A DNA stretch of 64,000 nt, taken from NCBI RefSeq assembly GCF_963921235.1, contig NC_086097.1, positions 206,896,001-206,960,000 on the forward strand, given 5' to 3'. Source of the stretch: Mobula hypostoma. Its lineage: Eukaryota. The notes beneath the pieces were generated by a model. The model was not told the DNA's origin. It saw only the letters and a list, made by a program, of their open reading frames with translations, and did no database searches. The first letter of the stretch is position 1; each line of letters starts with the position of its first letter. The position numbers were made by a program, and so were the translations under genes. Positions 60,791-64,000 of the stretch are shown piece after piece.

Positions 60791-63700
60791 ATTTATATGT
60801 ACCGTGGGTTACTAATAAAGAATCATATTCTGGAAGACATAGAACTTCTTTTTACAGCAGCAACTACACCACGTTTCTTACAGTACCATGTTCTCAATCA
60901 TTCTCAGAACTCTCTCCAATCCTATTCTGACATCACATCTTCCTTTCCTTAAAGATAAAAACAATTAGCAACATTGACCAGCGCAAATGCATAATTTAAC
61001 ATGTCTCTATCAGTCTCTCTGGGGGTTTACAAACACAAGTAGACCTTCTAAGTGGTTCACACAGTTCTTGTGTTTCATTGTTACTTCCATGTTTTGTCTG
61101 GTCTGCATCAGTTAACTGAAACTCTGAAGTTAGTTCTTTCTTGAGGACTTTGTGATTTCTTCTTAACACTGCTCCCTCTTTTGTTTGGACCATGTATGAT
61201 CTGAGTTGTACTTCTTCAAGTACTGTAGCTTTCTGTGTCCATGTGTTCATTTTGTCTTGTATCCTTATTTCATCTCCTTGGTGCAGTTCAGGTAATGGAC
61301 AAGAACATGTGTCAAAGTATATTTTCTGCTTTGCTTTGTGTTCATCTTTCCATCTTTTCACTTGTTCACCTTCCTCTGTTCTCAGAAAGCTCTTATCTAT
61401 TGGCAGGTTGGATCTCAAATGGCGTCCCATCAAGAGCTGAGCAGGTGAAAATCCACATTCAAGTGGAGTACTGCGATAGGCTAACAAAGCTTTATAAAAA
61501 TCAACTCCACTATCTTTTGCCTTGTGCATCAGTTTCTTCATAATTCCTACCGACTTCTCAACTAATCCATTAGACTGAGGGAAAAATAGACTAGATATTG
61601 TATGAACAAAGCCCCATCCATGAGCAAAATGTCTCATGCATTCACCATTGAAATGAGGACCATTGGCTGTGAAAACTTCATCAGGTACACCATGTCTGGA
61701 AAAAAACTGATTTCATGCATGTAATGACATTCTCTGCTGTTGTTCTGCTCAGACCACACACTTCAGGATACAATGAGTAGTACTTTGTTATTAATAGATA
61801 ATCTTTGTTGTCAGTTAAAAAAGATCAACGCCTACCTTCTGATGTGGTCTCTGAGGACTAGGATGTGGATGCAGTGGTTCCTTAGGGTTGCTAGGTTGGT
61901 ATTTAAGGCATATTTGACAAGAAGACACCAATTCTGCAATTTCTTGATTCATCCTGGGCCAAAACATCACTTACTGAGCCCTTCTCTTACATTTTTCAAT
62001 ACCTAGGTAGCCTTCATGAATTTTCCCAAGCATTACTTTTTGGAGACTTTTAGGAATCACAATTCAGCTACCTTTGTGCAATATCCAATCCACAACAGAA
62101 AGTTCTGATCTGTGGTTCCAATATTCTTGTACTTCTGAGGTACAGTCATGCTTATTATCTGGACATCCATCCATCACCACTTGTATTACCTGACTGAGAA
62201 TTTTGTCCTTCTCTGTCTCAAGACTCAGCAGTTTCAACTTTTCAGCAGAAACAGGTACAGTCTCTGTGATCATATCAACAAATGCCTGAACATCAACAGC
62301 ATCCCTGTGAATGTCTTTTGTTGTTGGATCTACAGCTCTGGAAAGTGTGTCAGCCATGTACATGAATTTTCCAGGTGTGTATGACACATTCAATGCATAC
62401 CTTTGCAATTTGATCATCATTCGCTGAATTCGCAAAGGACAGTCACTTAAAGGTTTGCCAAACAATTCAATCAGAGGCTTATGATCAGTTTCAACATCAA
62501 TAGATTGCCCTGACACAAACTGATGTAATCTCTCTCAAGCAAACATAATGCTGAGCAATTCTTTTTCAATGTGGGCATACCTTGTTTCTGGATCAGATAA
62601 TGAACGAGGTGCATATGTCACTGGTAGCCATTCCTGATCATGTTTCTGGAGTAATACTGCCCCTAAGCCTGCTTGAGATGCATCACATGAAATTTTGTTG
62701 GGTCTCTCAGCATCATAGAATTTCAACACAAGTTCTTTAGTGAGCACTTTCTTAAGATTTTGCCATGCCTTCTCCTGTTCATGATTCTAGTTCCATTCAT
62801 TTTTCTTTTCTGTTAGCTGCTCAGTGGAGCAAGCTGTTCTGAAAGATTGGGTATGAATTTTCCCATGTAGTTGACCAATCCCATAAACCTTTGAACATCC
62901 TTTTTAAATTGCGGTCTTGGCATGTTCTCGATAGCAGAAACCTTCAATGGATAAGGACACACACCCGCCTTGCTGATGATATCACCCACAGAGTTAAGTT
63001 CAGTCACTCCTAGCTGACATTTGTCTTTATTCAACTTCAGGTTTGCCTTGCATGTTGCCTCTAAGACTTGTCCAAGTCTGGCATCATGCTCTTGTTTAGA
63101 TGATCCCCAATCAATAATATTGTCCATGGATGTATCCACGCTCTCAATTTGCTCATATAGCATGTGAATGGTTTTGTGGTACACTTCAGGAGCTGATGTA
63201 ATTCCAAACAGAAGCCTAAGAAAACAGTATCTAGCAAAAGGAGTGTTAAAGGTACACAACTTTGAACTCGGTTCATCTAGTTCAAGTTGCCAGAATCCAG
63301 AGGATGCATCTAATTTACTATGTATTAGCAAACTGTGACATAATTCTTCATGAGTAGGCAATTTGAAATTCTCTCTTTTAATGGCTTGATTCAAGGCTCC
63401 TGGATCTACACAAATCCTCAGTTTTCCACTTTTCTTATCAACAATAACAAGCAAATTGACCCATTCAGTCGGTTCAATTTTTGGTATGACTCCTAACCGT
63501 TCCATCTGTCAAGCTCTGTTTTCAGTTGATCACGTAATGCAAAAGGTATTCTTCTACATGGGTGTACTACGGGTGGCACTGTGTTGTCAAATTTAATCGT
63601 GTGCTCTCCTGGAAGACAATCAAGCCCTTTGAACAAGTCCTCATACTCTTTCATCAAGTCACTGTATTCTGACTCTGTGTTACAGTCCAGAACTAATACT

Positions 63701-64000
63701 CTGCACCTGAATACTCAGTCACTTTTATATTTGTCTGATGTAACTTTGGTCTAGGCTTTAATGCGTTAAACTCAGATTCTGCAAGAACATTTACTTGTGC
63801 TCCAGTATCAAGTTTAAACAGAATATTGTTTTGGTTCACTTGCAATGAAATAGTCCAATCATTCATACTTCGTTTGTTTTCACAAAGCACATCTATATAA
63901 ACCTCCTCACATTCATTTTCAAGCACTGGATTTACATGTTTTATTTCCTTTCTACTTCTGCAACAACGTGAAAAATGATTACTCTTACCACAGGTGTTCC
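60791..64000 (-). mobile_element. Gypsy LTR retrotransposon (Mag-like), 3' LTR about 60791-60937, runs off the window end
   Basis: PR FKLDTGAQVNVL; RT TEWVNLLVIVDKKSGKLRICVDP..LDASSGFWQ; RH SCDASQAGLGAVL, ETDHKPL; IN FPQSNGLVEKSV; PPT aaggaaaggaaga (60938-60950) followed by TGTGATG. Confidence 0.92.

Noticed and set aside
63115..63135. SMDN RT motif in the Mag-like Gypsy
   Set aside because: This copy is heavily decayed, so a single GAC>AAC-type mutation from SMDD is the simplest explanation.
1..64000. Prokaryotic systems (CRISPR, retron, defence operons)
   Set aside because: No regularly spaced repeat array or operon structure; all RT domains belong to eukaryotic retroelements.

Overview
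Eukaryotic, repeat-dominated DNA. The mix of CR1 LINEs with ester-hydrolase ORF1, Penelope-like elements, Rex1/Babar and RTE LINEs and a V-SINE suggests a cartilaginous fish (ray or shark); this is inference. I recognised no host protein-coding exon. Most of the window is nested transposable elements: about ten CR1 copies (one with an uninterrupted ORF2, one near full length), Penelope-like insertions carrying minimal hammerhead ribozymes and mostly 14-bp TSDs, a complete Gypsy element with 5-bp TSD, a solo LTR, two further Gypsy remnants, Tigger, Tc1 and Harbinger-like DNA transposons, and a HERO-like RLE retrotransposon fragment. Three observations stand out. (1) A degraded endogenous retrovirus at about 4.27-7.26 kb, not resolved by the ORF track, pairs class III (ERV-L/S-like) RNase H/integrase motifs and PPT with a gamma-type env. 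(2) The Gypsy element at 47.2-53.7 kb has no tRNA PBS; the PBS position holds a perfect 15-nt complement of its own LTR poly(A) signal, suggesting self-priming or poly(A) masking, and its RT motif is YLDN. (3) A series of hammerhead-bearing Penelope hairpin and mini insertions shares one end architecture. All family assignments come from manual translation and motif recognition, not database searches.
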